Below, in pieces: positions 9,622 through 19,956 of a stretch of DNA of 64,000 bases (position 1 is its first letter; each line of letters starts with the position of its first letter). This stretch comes from Dehalococcoidia bacterium (lineage in GTDB: Bacteria; Chloroflexota; Dehalococcoidia; UBA2979). The stretch is from contig OZ253555.1 in assembly GCA_965262725.1 (NCBI GenBank), positions 3,072,001-3,136,000 of the forward strand. Reading direction: 5' to 3'. The position numbers and the translations under genes were made by a program. The notes under the pieces are model-generated. The model was not told the DNA's origin. It ran no database searches and saw only the letters and a program-made list of their open reading frames with translations.

Positions 9622-10073
9622 GGACGATCGAGGAGGACGTGCACATCCACGCCGAGGCACGCGCCGTGTACCGCAGGCTCGCGGCGCTGGAGTCGCTCGG
9701 CGAGTCGATGCCCGAGCTCTTCCGCAGCGCCGATGCCGGCGCCGGACCTCCGAGCGTCGTCGCCCAGCCAGCGCTCGGCGGCTCAGGCGTGCCGCTCGTC
9801 ATCACCCGGGCGGAGGAGCCGCGCTTGCTGACGCTCGCCCCCGCGGAGGACCGCGCGGCGGGAGACGCGCCTCCGATCAAGTCGTTCCGCTGGGATCTGC
9901 AGCCGGAGGGCGCTGCCGAGGTGCACGTCACTCTCGCCGTGCACTACCGGATGCCGGTCGGCGTGACCGGCCCGTTCCTCGATCTGCTGATCCACCGACC
10001 CCGGCGGCGGCAGGCGCTGCGTAACGCGCTGTGGCGGCTCAAGGGGCTCGTGGAGGAGCGGCTGGCGCCGTGA
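9618..10073 (+). CDS. SRPBCC/polyketide-cyclase-like protein
   Basis: IEEDVHIHAEARAVY N-terminus; C-terminal helix ALWRLKGLVE; GTGA overlap with lysS. Confidence 0.6.
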   Translation: MRTIEEDVHIHAEARAVYRRLAALESLGESMPELFRSADAGAGPPSVVAQPALGGSGVPLVITRAEEPRLLTLAPAEDRAAGDAPPIKSFRWDLQPEGAAEVHVTLAVHYRMPVGVTGPFLDLLIHRPRRRQALRNALWRLKGLVEERLAP

Positions 10074-10184
10074 GCGGGCGGCCACATCGCGCGGTGCCCC
10101 GTCCGGGCGGTCATTCCCCCAGGCGCGCTCAGCGGGCGTGAAACCGGCTCGACCGGGCCGCGGCGCCGCGCTAGGCTCGCGGGC

Positions 10185-10745
10185 ATGGAGCGGATCCCCG
10201 AACCCGAGCCGCTCGTGCGCCACTTCACCGCCACGGGGTTCCTCTCGCGCGACGGGCACACGGCACTCCACTGGCACCGCCTCGGGAAGTGGCTCCCCCC
10301 CGGGGGTCACCTCGATGAGAACGAGGATCCGGTCCAGGCGGTTCTCCGCGAGATCGAGGAGGAGACGGGGATCCCCGCCCGCGTGATCGAGACGGTAACG
10401 CCCTATGCCCACTCGGGCCGTGGGAGAGTGGCGCCCCCGGTCTCGATCGGCCTCTACGCCGTCCCGCGCGACGCCCACTGGCCCGGCGCGCACGAGCACA
10501 TCGACTTCGTCTACTTCGCGCGGCCCATGGAGCCGGGCCCGCGACCGCCGCTCCCGGGGGGCGACGTACCGTGGCTCTGGGTGAGCGAGGCCGAGCTCCG
10601 CTCGGAGAAGCCCCTCGCCGCCAATGGACATCGGGCCCCCATAGATGACGACGTGCGGGTACTCGGCCTCGCCGCGATCGAGGCGGCGCGAGGCAACCGC
10701 GAGCGGGCAACGGTTCCCGCGCAGGCGGGTGGGGGAGCCGCGTAA
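10185..10745 (+). CDS. NUDIX hydrolase
   Basis: Nudix box GGHLDENEDPVQAVLREIEEETG; HEHIDFVYF. Confidence 0.88.
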   Translation: MERIPEPEPLVRHFTATGFLSRDGHTALHWHRLGKWLPPGGHLDENEDPVQAVLREIEEETGIPARVIETVTPYAHSGRGRVAPPVSIGLYAVPRDAHWPGAHEHIDFVYFARPMEPGPRPPLPGGDVPWLWVSEAELRSEKPLAANGHRAPIDDDVRVLGLAAIEAARGNRERATVPAQAGGGAA

Positions 10746-12067
10746 TGCTCCCGCCGCAGACGATCCGCGAGGAGACGGAGCGACTGCGCGCTGACTACCG
10801 CGCCAGGGGCGTCGACACGCCCCTCGATCGAGTGCTCGAGCTCGACGGGGAGCGGCGGGCGCTCCTGCGCGATGTCGAGACGATGCGAGCCCACCGCAAC
10901 CGCGCGGGCAAGGCGATCGGCGCGGCCTCCGACGAGAAGGCGCGCCGGCGTCTGATCGAGGAGCAGCGCGCGCACGCCTCCGACCTCGACACCCGGGAGC
11001 GGCAGTTGCGCGAGGTCGAGGCGGAGCTCGAGCGCCTCTCGCTCGAGCTGCCCAACCTCCTCGACGCGCGCGTGCAGCCGGGAGGTGAGGCCGAGGCGCT
11101 CGTCGTGCGCCGGTCGGTCGGTACGGGTGCCGCGGAGGAGGTCCCCGATCCTCCCGTGAGCCTTGGGGCCACTGGCGACCCACCCGAGTCCGATCCGGCG
11201 CCGCCGCCGCACTGGGAGATCGGGGAATCGCTCGGGATCCTCGACTTCGAGCGGGGCGTGAAGCTCTCGGGGCCGCACTTCTACGTGCTACACGACGACG
11301 GGGCGCGCCTGCAGCGCGCCCTCATCGCCTGGATGCTCGACCTGCACCGCTCGCGGGGCTACCGCGAGGTCTACACGCCCTTCGTCGTGCGCGAGGAGAT
11401 GCTCTACGGCACGGGGCAGCTCCCGAAGTTCGCCGAGACGATGTACCACGACCACGCCGACGACCTCTGGCTGGTGCCGACGGCCGAAGTGCCGGTCACG
11501 AACCTCTACCGCGACGAGATCCTCCACGCCGACAAGCTGCCGATCCTGCACTGCGCCTACACGCCCTGCTTCCGGCGCGAGCGGATGAGCGCCGGGCGCG
11601 AGGTGCGCGGCATCAAGCGCGGCCACCAGTTCGACAAGGTGGAGATGGTGCGCTTCGTGGAACCGGATCGCTCGTGGGAGGCGATCGAGGAGCTGCTCGA
11701 CGACGCGCTCAGCGTGGTGCGGGCTCTGGGGTTGCGCTACCGCGTGCTGCGGCTCGGCGCCGCCGACACGACCTTCGCCGGCGCGATGACCTACGACATC
11801 GAGGTCTGGGCGCCCGGCTCGCGGGAGTGGCTGGAGGTGTCCTCCGTCACGAACTTCCTCGACTTCCAGGCGCGCCGCGCGGGCATCCGCTATCGGGATG
11901 CCTCCGGACGCGTCCGCCACGTGCACACACTCAACGGCTCTGGCCTCGGCCTGCCGCGCACCCTGGCGGCGCTCCTGGAGAAGGGGTGGCGACCCGACGG
12001 GAGCGTCCGTCTCCCGGAGGCGCTTTCTCCTTACCTAGGCGGCCTCGTCACCCTCACCCCCGCCTGA
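10745..12067 (+). CDS. serS: Serine--tRNA ligase
   Basis: GTGQLPKF, LVPTAEVP, CFRRE, HQFDKVEM, EVSSVTNF.DFQARR, HTLNGSG. Confidence 0.97.
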   Translation: MLPPQTIREETERLRADYRARGVDTPLDRVLELDGERRALLRDVETMRAHRNRAGKAIGAASDEKARRRLIEEQRAHASDLDTRERQLREVEAELERLSLELPNLLDARVQPGGEAEALVVRRSVGTGAAEEVPDPPVSLGATGDPPESDPAPPPHWEIGESLGILDFERGVKLSGPHFYVLHDDGARLQRALIAWMLDLHRSRGYREVYTPFVVREEMLYGTGQLPKFAETMYHDHADDLWLVPTAEVPVTNLYRDEILHADKLPILHCAYTPCFRRERMSAGREVRGIKRGHQFDKVEMVRFVEPDRSWEAIEELLDDALSVVRALGLRYRVLRLGAADTTFAGAMTYDIEVWAPGSREWLEVSSVTNFLDFQARRAGIRYRDASGRVRHVHTLNGSGLGLPRTLAALLEKGWRPDGSVRLPEALSPYLGGLVTLTPA

Positions 12068-12100
12068 GCGCCGTCTCCGCACGCTCGCTCGATCGACCGG

Positions 12101-12130
12101 TTGACGTCTGCAGCACGTTTGTTCTACAGT
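12101..12130 (+). promoter_or_regulatory. Promoter with overlapping LexA-box-like site
   Basis: TTGACG-18-TACAGT; AGCACGTTTGTTCT at 12112-12125 is one mismatch from AGAAC-N4-GTTCT. Confidence 0.5.
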
Positions 12131-12195
12131 TCGTCCCTGTTCGGAACACAGAAGGAGACCGGCCGCTGGCCGGAGTGCACGGGGGTTCAAGCAGG

Positions 12196-12414
12196 ATGCT
12201 GTTCATTCTCACAGTGGGAGCGCTGCTCGGAGGGGCCGCCGTGCTGCTCTACCAGCAGTGGGCGGACGAGGTGTTTCGCCCGCCGGAGGAGCAAAGGAAC
12301 GAGAGACTGCGCCGCCGAGCCGTGGTCGCGGCGATCCGCCCCTTCGGCGACGCGGACTGGCGTCCGGCGCGTCCACCCCGAGAGGCTCCCCGCGCGGGGC
12401 GGCGTGCCGCCTGA
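12196..12414 (+). CDS. Small single-TM hypothetical protein
   Basis: MLFILTVGALLGGAAVLLYQQW then a basic tail; start uncertain. Confidence 0.5.
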   Translation: MLFILTVGALLGGAAVLLYQQWADEVFRPPEEQRNERLRRRAVVAAIRPFGDADWRPARPPREAPRAGRRAA

Positions 12415-12459
12415 CGCGATTCCCGCGCAGGCGACCGCCTCTCGGACCGGATGCGGTGC

Positions 12460-12720
12460 ATGGCGCTGAGGCGACCCCCCCACCCGATGCCCGCGTGCGT
12501 GCGACGCGCCCTCGAGGAGAGAGGGATGCTGACGGCCTACGGCGCCCGTCCTCCGTACCAGCAGAACGACTACATCGGGTGGATCACGCGCGCCAAGCGG
12601 AAGGAGACCCGCCGGCGACGGCTCGACCAGATGCTGGATGAACTGAAGGCGGGTGACCTCTACATGAGAATGCGCTGGCGCGCCGGTGGGCGCAGCCCGG
12701 GTTCCGGAGATCCCGACTAG
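12460..12720 (+). CDS. YdeI/OmpD-associated family protein
   Basis: RPPYQQNDYIGWITRAKRKETRRRRLDQMLDEL. Confidence 0.85.
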   Translation: MALRRPPHPMPACVRRALEERGMLTAYGARPPYQQNDYIGWITRAKRKETRRRRLDQMLDELKAGDLYMRMRWRAGGRSPGSGDPD

Positions 12721-12885
12721 CTGTCCGTCGCACACATGATGTCCCTGCGCTGGACGATCGAGAAGACGCACGCCGCGGGCACCGCGCCGATCCGTGGGCC
12801 CGCGCGGAGGGAACGCCGGTGTCGACTCCCCGCGCCGCGGCCATGGAGCCCGCGCACGCCGGCGGCCAGATACACTTCCCCCGTG

Positions 12886-13404
12886 ATGCAGCCCGGACCT
12901 GACCCCCCGCTGCTCGTCAAGATGCAGCTCGACGCTCTCGACGAGCTCGCCCGGGTCGCCGACTTGATGCCGCAGGGCGCGCGCGACGGTGTCGTGCCCG
13001 GGCTCAACGGCGCCGGCTGGACGCTCGCGCATCTCGCTGCGCAGCAGGACCGGTACTGGAACGTCGCGGCGCAATCGCTCGATTCCGATGCCTGGCTCGC
13101 CGGGTGGCGCGCGGCCGACGGCGCGACGGCGGCGCGACCGCCCTTTACCGACGCGCGCGACGCGCTCGCGCGCGTCGACGAGCGCTGCCGCAGCTACCTC
13201 GAATCGGTGCGGCGACCCGACTTCGACACGACTGTGAGCGGGGGGCGGACACTCGGCGATCTGCTGGCGAGAAGCGTCGCGCACATATTCGCGCACGCCG
13301 GGGAGCTCGCGGCAATCGCCTCGCTGTGGGGCGCCCCCGACATGGGCCTGCCGGGCGCCCTGCCTCGCTCCAACTCGCCCCGCGAGAACCGTAACACGAA
13401 CTAA
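12886..13404 (+). CDS. DinB-family four-helix-bundle protein
   Basis: NGAGWTLAHLA ... HIFAHAGEL His triad. Confidence 0.7.
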   Translation: MQPGPDPPLLVKMQLDALDELARVADLMPQGARDGVVPGLNGAGWTLAHLAAQQDRYWNVAAQSLDSDAWLAGWRAADGATAARPPFTDARDALARVDERCRSYLESVRRPDFDTTVSGGRTLGDLLARSVAHIFAHAGELAAIASLWGAPDMGLPGALPRSNSPRENRNTN

Positions 13405-13465
13405 CCCGGACGAGGCGTTGCCCGACTCTCAGGCGTTCGGCCGCACGCCCGCGCCGGGATGGGCC

Positions 13466-14626
13466 CTAGAACTCCTGGACGATCACGCCGCCGGGCTGGC
13501 GACGCCACGTGCGGAAGCGGACGTTCTTGATCCCGGCCGCGCGGGCATAGTCGCGCGCGCTCGCGAGATGGCCGGCCGGGACGTACACGTAAAGCGGGGC
13601 GTCCGCCGTCTGGAGCGGCGCCCAGACACGCTCTGCCTGCTCACGGGTCACGGTCTCCTTCGACTCGACCTGTACCACCATCGCCGGATGATTCCCCGGG
13701 TACTCGACGATCAGGATGTCCGGGTAGAGCGCCCCGACCGCGCCGCCGGCGACGGTCAGGCCGAGCTCCGGTGTCGGGAGGTTGACGTGCGTCCGGTAGT
13801 GAGGAGCCTCGTCGCTGGGATAGGGGAAACGGCCCGCCGCGACGTCCCGGACGACGCCCACGAGCTCGTGCCGCCGCGATTCCTCCGCCCGTCGCCACAC
13901 CACCGGCGCATCCCGCCACGCTGAGAGCCGCCGCTCGTGGCCCGCGGCGAAGCGAGCGAGCTGTAGCGCCTCGCCGATGAGAACGCCGGGCAGGAAGATC
14001 AGCGCGAGCGGAACGGCGATCACGACCGTCGCACCTATGGAGATTCCGCCGACCGTCAACCAGGTCGGTCCCGGGAAGACCCAGGCCGCGTAGAAGGCGG
14101 CCGCGAAAAGAACCAGCGCGATGAGCGGGCGGGGCGAGGGGAGCGCCGCCGCCGCCGCCCCGCGCGGCGCGGGCGGCGGGACCTGGATGGCCGCCGCGGG
14201 CGCGGGCGCGGCCGACGCGGGCGCGCCCGCGGGCGGCGCCTCCGTTCCCGGCCCCGACGGGGCCTCATCCGGGGCCGCCGGCGGCTCATCCAATGCGGCG
14301 GCGGCCGGAGCGGGCTCCGACGGCCCAGCGGCGGCGGCCGCCGCGCCGTCCCCGGCCGGCACCTTTGCGCGCGCGGATGCGGCGTCCTCGAACCAGAGGG
14401 AGTTGATCTCGGTGAAGAAGGCCTGATCGGCGGGGACATCCTCCTCGGGGAAGATCGCCGTGACCGGGCAGGCGGGCTGGCAGGCGCCGCAGTCGATGCA
14501 CTCGACCGGGCTGATGTAGAGCATGCGGTCCGGGCCCTCGTCGAAGTGGATGCAGTCGACGGGACAGACCTCGACGCAGGACTGGTCCATCGTGTCGATG
14601 CAGGGCTGCGTGATGACGAACGTCAC
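13466..14626 (-). CDS. Ferredoxin fused to a TM hairpin and a PD-(D/E)xK-like domain
   Basis: N-terminal FdxA-type Cys pattern (CIDTMDQSCVEVCPVDC..CIDCGACQPACP), Pro/Ala linker, 2 TM helices, YPDILIV..VQVESK. Confidence 0.75.
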   Translation of the reverse strand: MTFVITQPCIDTMDQSCVEVCPVDCIHFDEGPDRMLYISPVECIDCGACQPACPVTAIFPEEDVPADQAFFTEINSLWFEDAASARAKVPAGDGAAAAAAGPSEPAPAAAALDEPPAAPDEAPSGPGTEAPPAGAPASAAPAPAAAIQVPPPAPRGAAAAALPSPRPLIALVLFAAAFYAAWVFPGPTWLTVGGISIGATVVIAVPLALIFLPGVLIGEALQLARFAAGHERRLSAWRDAPVVWRRAEESRRHELVGVVRDVAAGRFPYPSDEAPHYRTHVNLPTPELGLTVAGGAVGALYPDILIVEYPGNHPAMVVQVESKETVTREQAERVWAPLQTADAPLYVYVPAGHLASARDYARAAGIKNVRFRTWRRQPGGVIVQEF

Positions 14627-14744
14627 GGTGAAGCCTCCATCCGGGCCGGGCCGGCCGCCGCGATCGTAGCGGCGGCCCCCACGGGCGTCTATCCGGCGAT
14701 CCGCCTCAGGGATCCGCGCCAGGGAGATTGATGCCCGCGGCCGC

Positions 14745-16513
14745 CTACGCCCCGTTCAGAGTGGCGAGCTCCGCCGCGTGCAGTTCCGCCGCGCGCGCCA
14801 CGACGCCGTCGCGAGCGACGCGTTCGGGCTCGACGGCGGCGCGGAGCCGCAGCTCGACGACGCCTTCGCGCCGGTTGCGGGAGGAGACCGTGAGGCGCAC
14901 GGGGAGCCCGATCAGATCGGCGTCGGCGAATTTCACACCGGGCGACTCGTCGCGGTCGTCGTAGAGCACGTCGAGCCCCGCGAGCCGGAGCTCCTGGAAG
15001 AGGGCGTCGGCCTCCTCCGCCACGGCGGCGTCGCGGGACGCTCCGAGCGCCACCAAGTGCACGTCGTAGGGCGCGATCGTGGCGGGCCAGATGACGCCGT
15101 CTTCGTCGTGATGCTCTTCGACCGCCGCGGCGACGATGCGGTCCACCCCGATGCCGTAGCAGCCCATGGTCGGCACGCGCTGCACGCCCTCCTGGTCGAG
15201 CACGCTGACCCGAAGCAACTCCGTGAAGATCCTGCCCAGGCGGAAGACATGGCCCAGCTCGATGCCGCGCTCGGAGCGGAGACCACGTCCGTCCTCTCCG
15301 GGCTCCCCCGAGCAGCGCGCACAGAGGTGCCCGGGCCCGGCGAGCGCGATGTCCGCCACCTCTGCCTCCCAGTCGCGCCCGTAGTTCACGTTGCGCAGGT
15401 GGATGCCCTCGCGGTTGGCGCCGGCGACGAGGTTCGGCGATCCGGGAATCGAAAGGTCGGCGACGACACGCACGCCGGGCCCCACCCCGATCGGCGAGGC
15501 GTAGCCGGCGACGAGGCCCGCGTGCGCCACCTCCGCGTCCGTCATCGCGCGCAGGCCGGGCGGCGATCCCTCCTCGGCCAAGGCGTTCGCGAGCTTGACC
15601 TCGTTCACCTGCAGGTCGCCGCGCAGCACCGCGAAGATCGGCTGTTCGCGGCCGTCGCCCCAGGCGGCGGTGAAGAAGACGGCCTTCGCCGTCCGCTCCG
15701 GGCCGACGCCGAGGAAGTCGGTGAGCGCTTCGATCGTGGTCACGCCGGGCGTCGCCACCTCCTCCAGGGGACGTTGCGCCTCGTCCGCGGCGGGCGGGCG
15801 CACAAACTCCGCCTTCTCGGCGTTGGCGGCGTAGCCGCAGTCGCAGAGCAGGACCGTGTCCTCTCCGACCGCCGTGAGGAAGAGGAACTCCTGCGAGCCT
15901 TTCCCGCCGATCGCGCCCGAGTCCGCCTCCGCCGCGACGGTGGGTATGCCGACGCGCGCGAAGATGCGCTCGTACGCCCGGAACATCGCGGCGTAGGAGG
16001 CGTCGAGCCCCTCCTCGTCGAGGTCGAAGCTGTAGGCGTCCTTCATCGTGAACTCGCGGACACGAACGAGGCCACCCCGAGGCCGCGCCTCATCCCGGAA
16101 CTTCGTCTGGATCTGGTAGAGCGTGACCGGCAGGTCGCGGTACGAGCGGGCGTGGCCCGCGAAGAGCCGCGTGATGACCTCCTCGTGGGTCGGAGCGAGC
16201 ACGAGCCGGCGCGCACGGCGATCCTGGACGACAAAGAGCGTGTCGCCGAAGGCCCGGTCGCGGCCGGTCTGCTCCCACAGCTCGAACGGGTGGATCGCGG
16301 GGAGCAACACCTCCTCGGCGGCAGCGCGGTCCATCTCCTCGCGCACGATCTGCTCCACGCGGCGCTTGGCCCGCCAGCCCAGCGGCATGTAGGAGTAGAT
16401 CCCCGCCGCGAGTTGATCGATGAAGCCGCGCGCAGGAGCAGCCGGTGCGACGCGAATTCCGCGTCGCTCGGCGCTTCGCGCAGCGTGCGCCCGAAGAGAC
16501 GCGTCATTCGCAT
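14745..16513 (-). CDS. proS: Proline--tRNA ligase (apparent 1-nt frameshift near 16427)
   Basis: MRMTRLFGRTLREAP..SHRLLLRA in one frame, then FIDQLAAGIYSYMPLG, PTHEE, FRDEARPR, GIELGHVF, MGCYGIG in another. Confidence 0.93.
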
Positions 16514-16561
16514 CCCGACCGCCATGGAGGCAGTGTAGCGCGGCCCGGAGCCAAGCACGCG

Positions 16562-17530
16562 CTAGGCACTCCGGCCCGGCGGAGGCACCCTGGGCGGCGT
16601 GATCACGCCCGCCCCGGCGAGCAACTCAAGGCCACGAGCCAGGTCGTCGTCGGCCTCCTCCTGGTCGATCTCAAGCGTCCGCACTGCGCTGGCGGGGAGG
16701 CGCTCGGCGATCCGGCGGAAGTCCACGTCGCCGTTGCCCGGCGCGCGGTGGTCGACGAGCCCGTCCACGTCGGAGAGGTGGACGCCGACCAGACGCTCGC
16801 CGAGTAGATCGAACCAGCTGCCGCGGTCGATGAGGCCGAGACGGTGCTGAACCTCGGCGTGGCCGACGTCGTGGACATAGCCAACGACCTCCGGCGGGTG
16901 CTCCGCGAGCAACTCCGCCGCCTCGGCCGGTAGCGGGATCTGGTGGTGGTAAAGGCGGCACTCGAGGCCGAGCGTCACGCGGTGAGCCGCAGCGATCGGC
17001 GCGAGCTCGGCGAGCGAGCGCCGCGCCCGATCGAGCGCGGGGGCCGCCAGGCGCGACCGCTCGCGCAGCGCCTCCTCCACGGCTGCTCCCCACTCCTCGC
17101 CCGACGTCGAGCCGCGCTCGAAGAGACGCCGGAGCGTGCGCTCCGGGCGGAGCTGCGCGAGCCCGATGGCGCCGAGGTGGAGGACCACGAGCGAAGCGCC
17201 GGCCTCCCCCGCGAGCTCGATGGACCGCACCGCGTAGTGGACCGCGAGCCGGCGCTCCTCGTCGTCCTCGGAGGCGGTGTCGAGCGAGCGGTTCCAGCCG
17301 ACCGTCGGATGTCGCTCGAGCGGCGCCGGCGCGTGCACCGCCACCACGGGAAGAACCCGCTGGGCGAGGATCACGCCGACCTGCGACGCATCCATCGAGT
17401 GGTTGATCTCGATGCCGGAGAAACCGAGCTCAGCGGCGCGCTCGACGAAAGCGTCGAGCGCGTGCTCGAAGCGCGCCTGAACCGCCCACATGGTGGAGAG
17501 CACGGCCTGCCCGGGGGCGAGCGGTCTCAT
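16562..17530 (-). CDS. Sugar phosphate isomerase/epimerase (xylose isomerase-like TIM barrel)
   Basis: GFSGIE, VHAP, LGLEC, DVGH, HLSD..DHRAPGNGDVDF. Confidence 0.8.
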   Translation of the reverse strand: MRPLAPGQAVLSTMWAVQARFEHALDAFVERAAELGFSGIEINHSMDASQVGVILAQRVLPVVAVHAPAPLERHPTVGWNRSLDTASEDDEERRLAVHYAVRSIELAGEAGASLVVLHLGAIGLAQLRPERTLRRLFERGSTSGEEWGAAVEEALRERSRLAAPALDRARRSLAELAPIAAAHRVTLGLECRLYHHQIPLPAEAAELLAEHPPEVVGYVHDVGHAEVQHRLGLIDRGSWFDLLGERLVGVHLSDVDGLVDHRAPGNGDVDFRRIAERLPASAVRTLEIDQEEADDDLARGLELLAGAGVITPPRVPPPGRSA

Positions 17531-17546
17531 GTGGCGGGAAGATGGC

Positions 17547-18698
17547 TCAACGCCCGGTCGTGCCAGCCCGCTGCTCCAAGATCACCGCCTCGAGCAGCTC
17601 GCGCGTTCGTCCTAGGATCGTGTCGTAGGGGTAGTGCCCGACGACATCGGAGCCGCGTTTCAGGTTGACACCAGTCGGGCCGCACCACAGCCCGATGTCG
17701 GCGCTGTCGGTCTCGCCCGGGCCGTTCACGCGGCAGCCCATCACTGCGATCGTGACCCGCTCCTCGCGGGCGAAGGCACTCATCTCCTTCACCTGCCTGG
17801 CGAGATCGACGAAGGCCTCGTTTTCCACGCGGGAGCATGAGGGGCAAGAGATGATGTTGAGGCCGCCGTCGAGGAAGGTCGGGACTGAGCGGAAGCGGCC
17901 TGCGGCGATATCGGCGAGGATCGCGCGGCCGGCGCGCACCTCCTCGCCCTTCTCCTCGAACGGGACCGTGAGCGAGACGCGCACGGTGTCGCCGATCCCC
18001 TGCGAGAGCAGTTGCTCGAAGGCGACGCGGGTCTTGATCACGCCCTCCGGCGGCATCCCGGCCTCGGTCACCCCGAGGTGGAGCGGGACGTCCGGGCGCG
18101 CTGAAGCGAAGCGCCGGTTCGCATCGACTACCTTGCGCCAGTCGGAGTCCTTGAGCGAGACGACGTAGCGCGTGAATCCGAGGTCGTCGAGGAGCGTCGC
18201 GTGTTCGAGCGCGCTCTCCACCATCGCGCCGACGTCGTCCTCGCCGAAGCGCTCGGTCAGTGCAGGATCGACCGATCCGCAGTTCACGCCCACTCGGAGC
18301 GCGACGTCGTGGCGCTCCGCCGTCTCGGCGAGGAAGGCGACCTTCTCCCGGACCGGCTTCGTGCGCTCGTGGTGGTAGAGGTGGCCGGGGTTGTAGCGCA
18401 CCTTGTCGACGAGCGGCGCGACAAGGGGCGCGAGCCGGTAGTTCTCCTGCAGGTCGACGGAGAGCGTCGCCTGCGCGCGGTCCCTGACCTCCGCCAGCGC
18501 CTCGACATCCTTCCGGGAGTCGACCGCGATGCGCACGATATCCGCACCGGCCTCCTGGAGTAGCTCGACCTGTCTCACCGTCGCGTCGACGTCCTGCGTG
18601 CGCGTCGCGGCCATCGATTGCACCACGATCGGGGCGCCGTCCCCGACCGTGACCGGCCCGATCCTGACCGCCCGCGTGCGGTTGCGCTCCGCGCTCAC
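17547..18698 (-). CDS. ispG: HMBPP synthase
   Basis: [58 protein letters not shown]. Confidence 0.95.
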   Translation of the reverse strand: MSAERNRTRAVRIGPVTVGDGAPIVVQSMAATRTQDVDATVRQVELLQEAGADIVRIAVDSRKDVEALAEVRDRAQATLSVDLQENYRLAPLVAPLVDKVRYNPGHLYHHERTKPVREKVAFLAETAERHDVALRVGVNCGSVDPALTERFGEDDVGAMVESALEHATLLDDLGFTRYVVSLKDSDWRKVVDANRRFASARPDVPLHLGVTEAGMPPEGVIKTRVAFEQLLSQGIGDTVRVSLTVPFEEKGEEVRAGRAILADIAAGRFRSVPTFLDGGLNIISCPSCSRVENEAFVDLARQVKEMSAFAREERVTIAVMGCRVNGPGETDSADIGLWCGPTGVNLKRGSDVVGHYPYDTILGRTRELLEAVILEQRAGTTGR

Positions 18699-18798
18699 CG
18701 GTTCCCCCTGCTCCGCTCCCCGGACGTTCCGGCTCCGGCGGTCGATATTCCCACAGCGGAGCGGGGGCCGCCAGCGACGGCGGCGCTCCAGCGGACCC

Positions 18799-19956
18799 CT
18801 ACCGGAAGAGCGACTCCCCGTTGGCGATGCGGGCGATGTCGGCAAAGGTGATCACCACCGCGAGGCCGATGAAGACCGCGAAGCCGGCAAGGTGGACGAG
18901 CGCCTCCCGCTCGGGCGCCACGCGCCGCCCGCGTCGCGCGATCTCGATCAGGAGGAAGGAGAGTCGGCCGCCGTCGAGCATCGGCAGCGGCAGAAGATTG
19001 AGCACGCCGAGGTTGATCGAGAGCACCGCGGCCAGCGAGAAGAGGGGCGAGATGCCGCCCTCCCGCGCCACCTCCCCCGTCGTCTGCGCGATGCCGACCG
19101 GACCCGCGAGCGCGGGCCCGCCCGATCCCTTCACCCACCCGATCACCTCGTTGCGAAAGAGGACCATCGAGTCGACGGTGGCCCGTAGCCCCGCCCCCGC
19201 CGCCTCCCAGGGGGGCAGCGCGATCGTGTCGGTGAAGGGGTACTGGGCGGCAATCCTGATGCCGGTCGGGCCCTGGCCGGCGGGCGGCGCCCAGCGCGGC
19301 TCCACCACCACCGTGACGAGGCCCTCATCCCCTCGCTTCACCACGAACTCGGTCTCCCGGCCCTGCTGGAGGCGCACCAGTCGCCCGGTCTCGGCCACGT
19401 TCTTCGCGTTGCGGCCGCCGACCTCGAAGATCACGTCTCCTGTTTGAAGGCCCGCCGCCTCCGCCGGAGCGCCCGGCACCACTTCCGCGATCACCGCGCG
19501 CGCCGCCGACTCCTCGTGCGGGACCGCGTAGGCGACCGCGAAGAGCAGCACCGGCAGCAGCAGGTTCGCGACCGCGCCCGAGACGATCACTACGAAGCGC
19601 TTCCACCGCGCCTGCGCCGCCAACGAGCGCGGATCCTCCGGATCCTCCTCGCCCAGGAGGCGCACGAAGCCGCCGAGGGGCAGCCAGTTGACCGAGTAGA
19701 TGGTCTCACCCCACCGCACGGCGCCGATGCGCGGCGGGAAGCCGACGCCGAACTCGAGCACCTGGACGCCGAAGAGCCTCGCCGTGACGAAGTGCGCCGC
19801 CTCGTGCGCGAGCACAAGCCCGGTGATCATGAGCACGAAGAGCGCCGCCGAGTGCACGGCGTCTCCCGCGCGCGGGAGGACGACGGCGACTACGGCCGCC
19901 GCCAGCAGCAAGGCGAGCGCGGCGGAGCCGAGGCGCCCGCCGAGGCGGCGGCTCAC
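18799..19956 (-). CDS. rseP: RIP metalloprotease RseP (M50) with PDZ
   Basis: [22 protein letters not shown]. Confidence 0.92.
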   Translation of the reverse strand: MSRRLGGRLGSAALALLLAAAVVAVVLPRAGDAVHSAALFVLMITGLVLAHEAAHFVTARLFGVQVLEFGVGFPPRIGAVRWGETIYSVNWLPLGGFVRLLGEEDPEDPRSLAAQARWKRFVVIVSGAVANLLLPVLLFAVAYAVPHEESAARAVIAEVVPGAPAEAAGLQTGDVIFEVGGRNAKNVAETGRLVRLQQGRETEFVVKRGDEGLVTVVVEPRWAPPAGQGPTGIRIAAQYPFTDTIALPPWEAAGAGLRATVDSMVLFRNEVIGWVKGSGGPALAGPVGIAQTTGEVAREGGISPLFSLAAVLSINLGVLNLLPLPMLDGGRLSFLLIEIARRGRRVAPEREALVHLAGFAVFIGLAVVITFADIARIANGESLFR

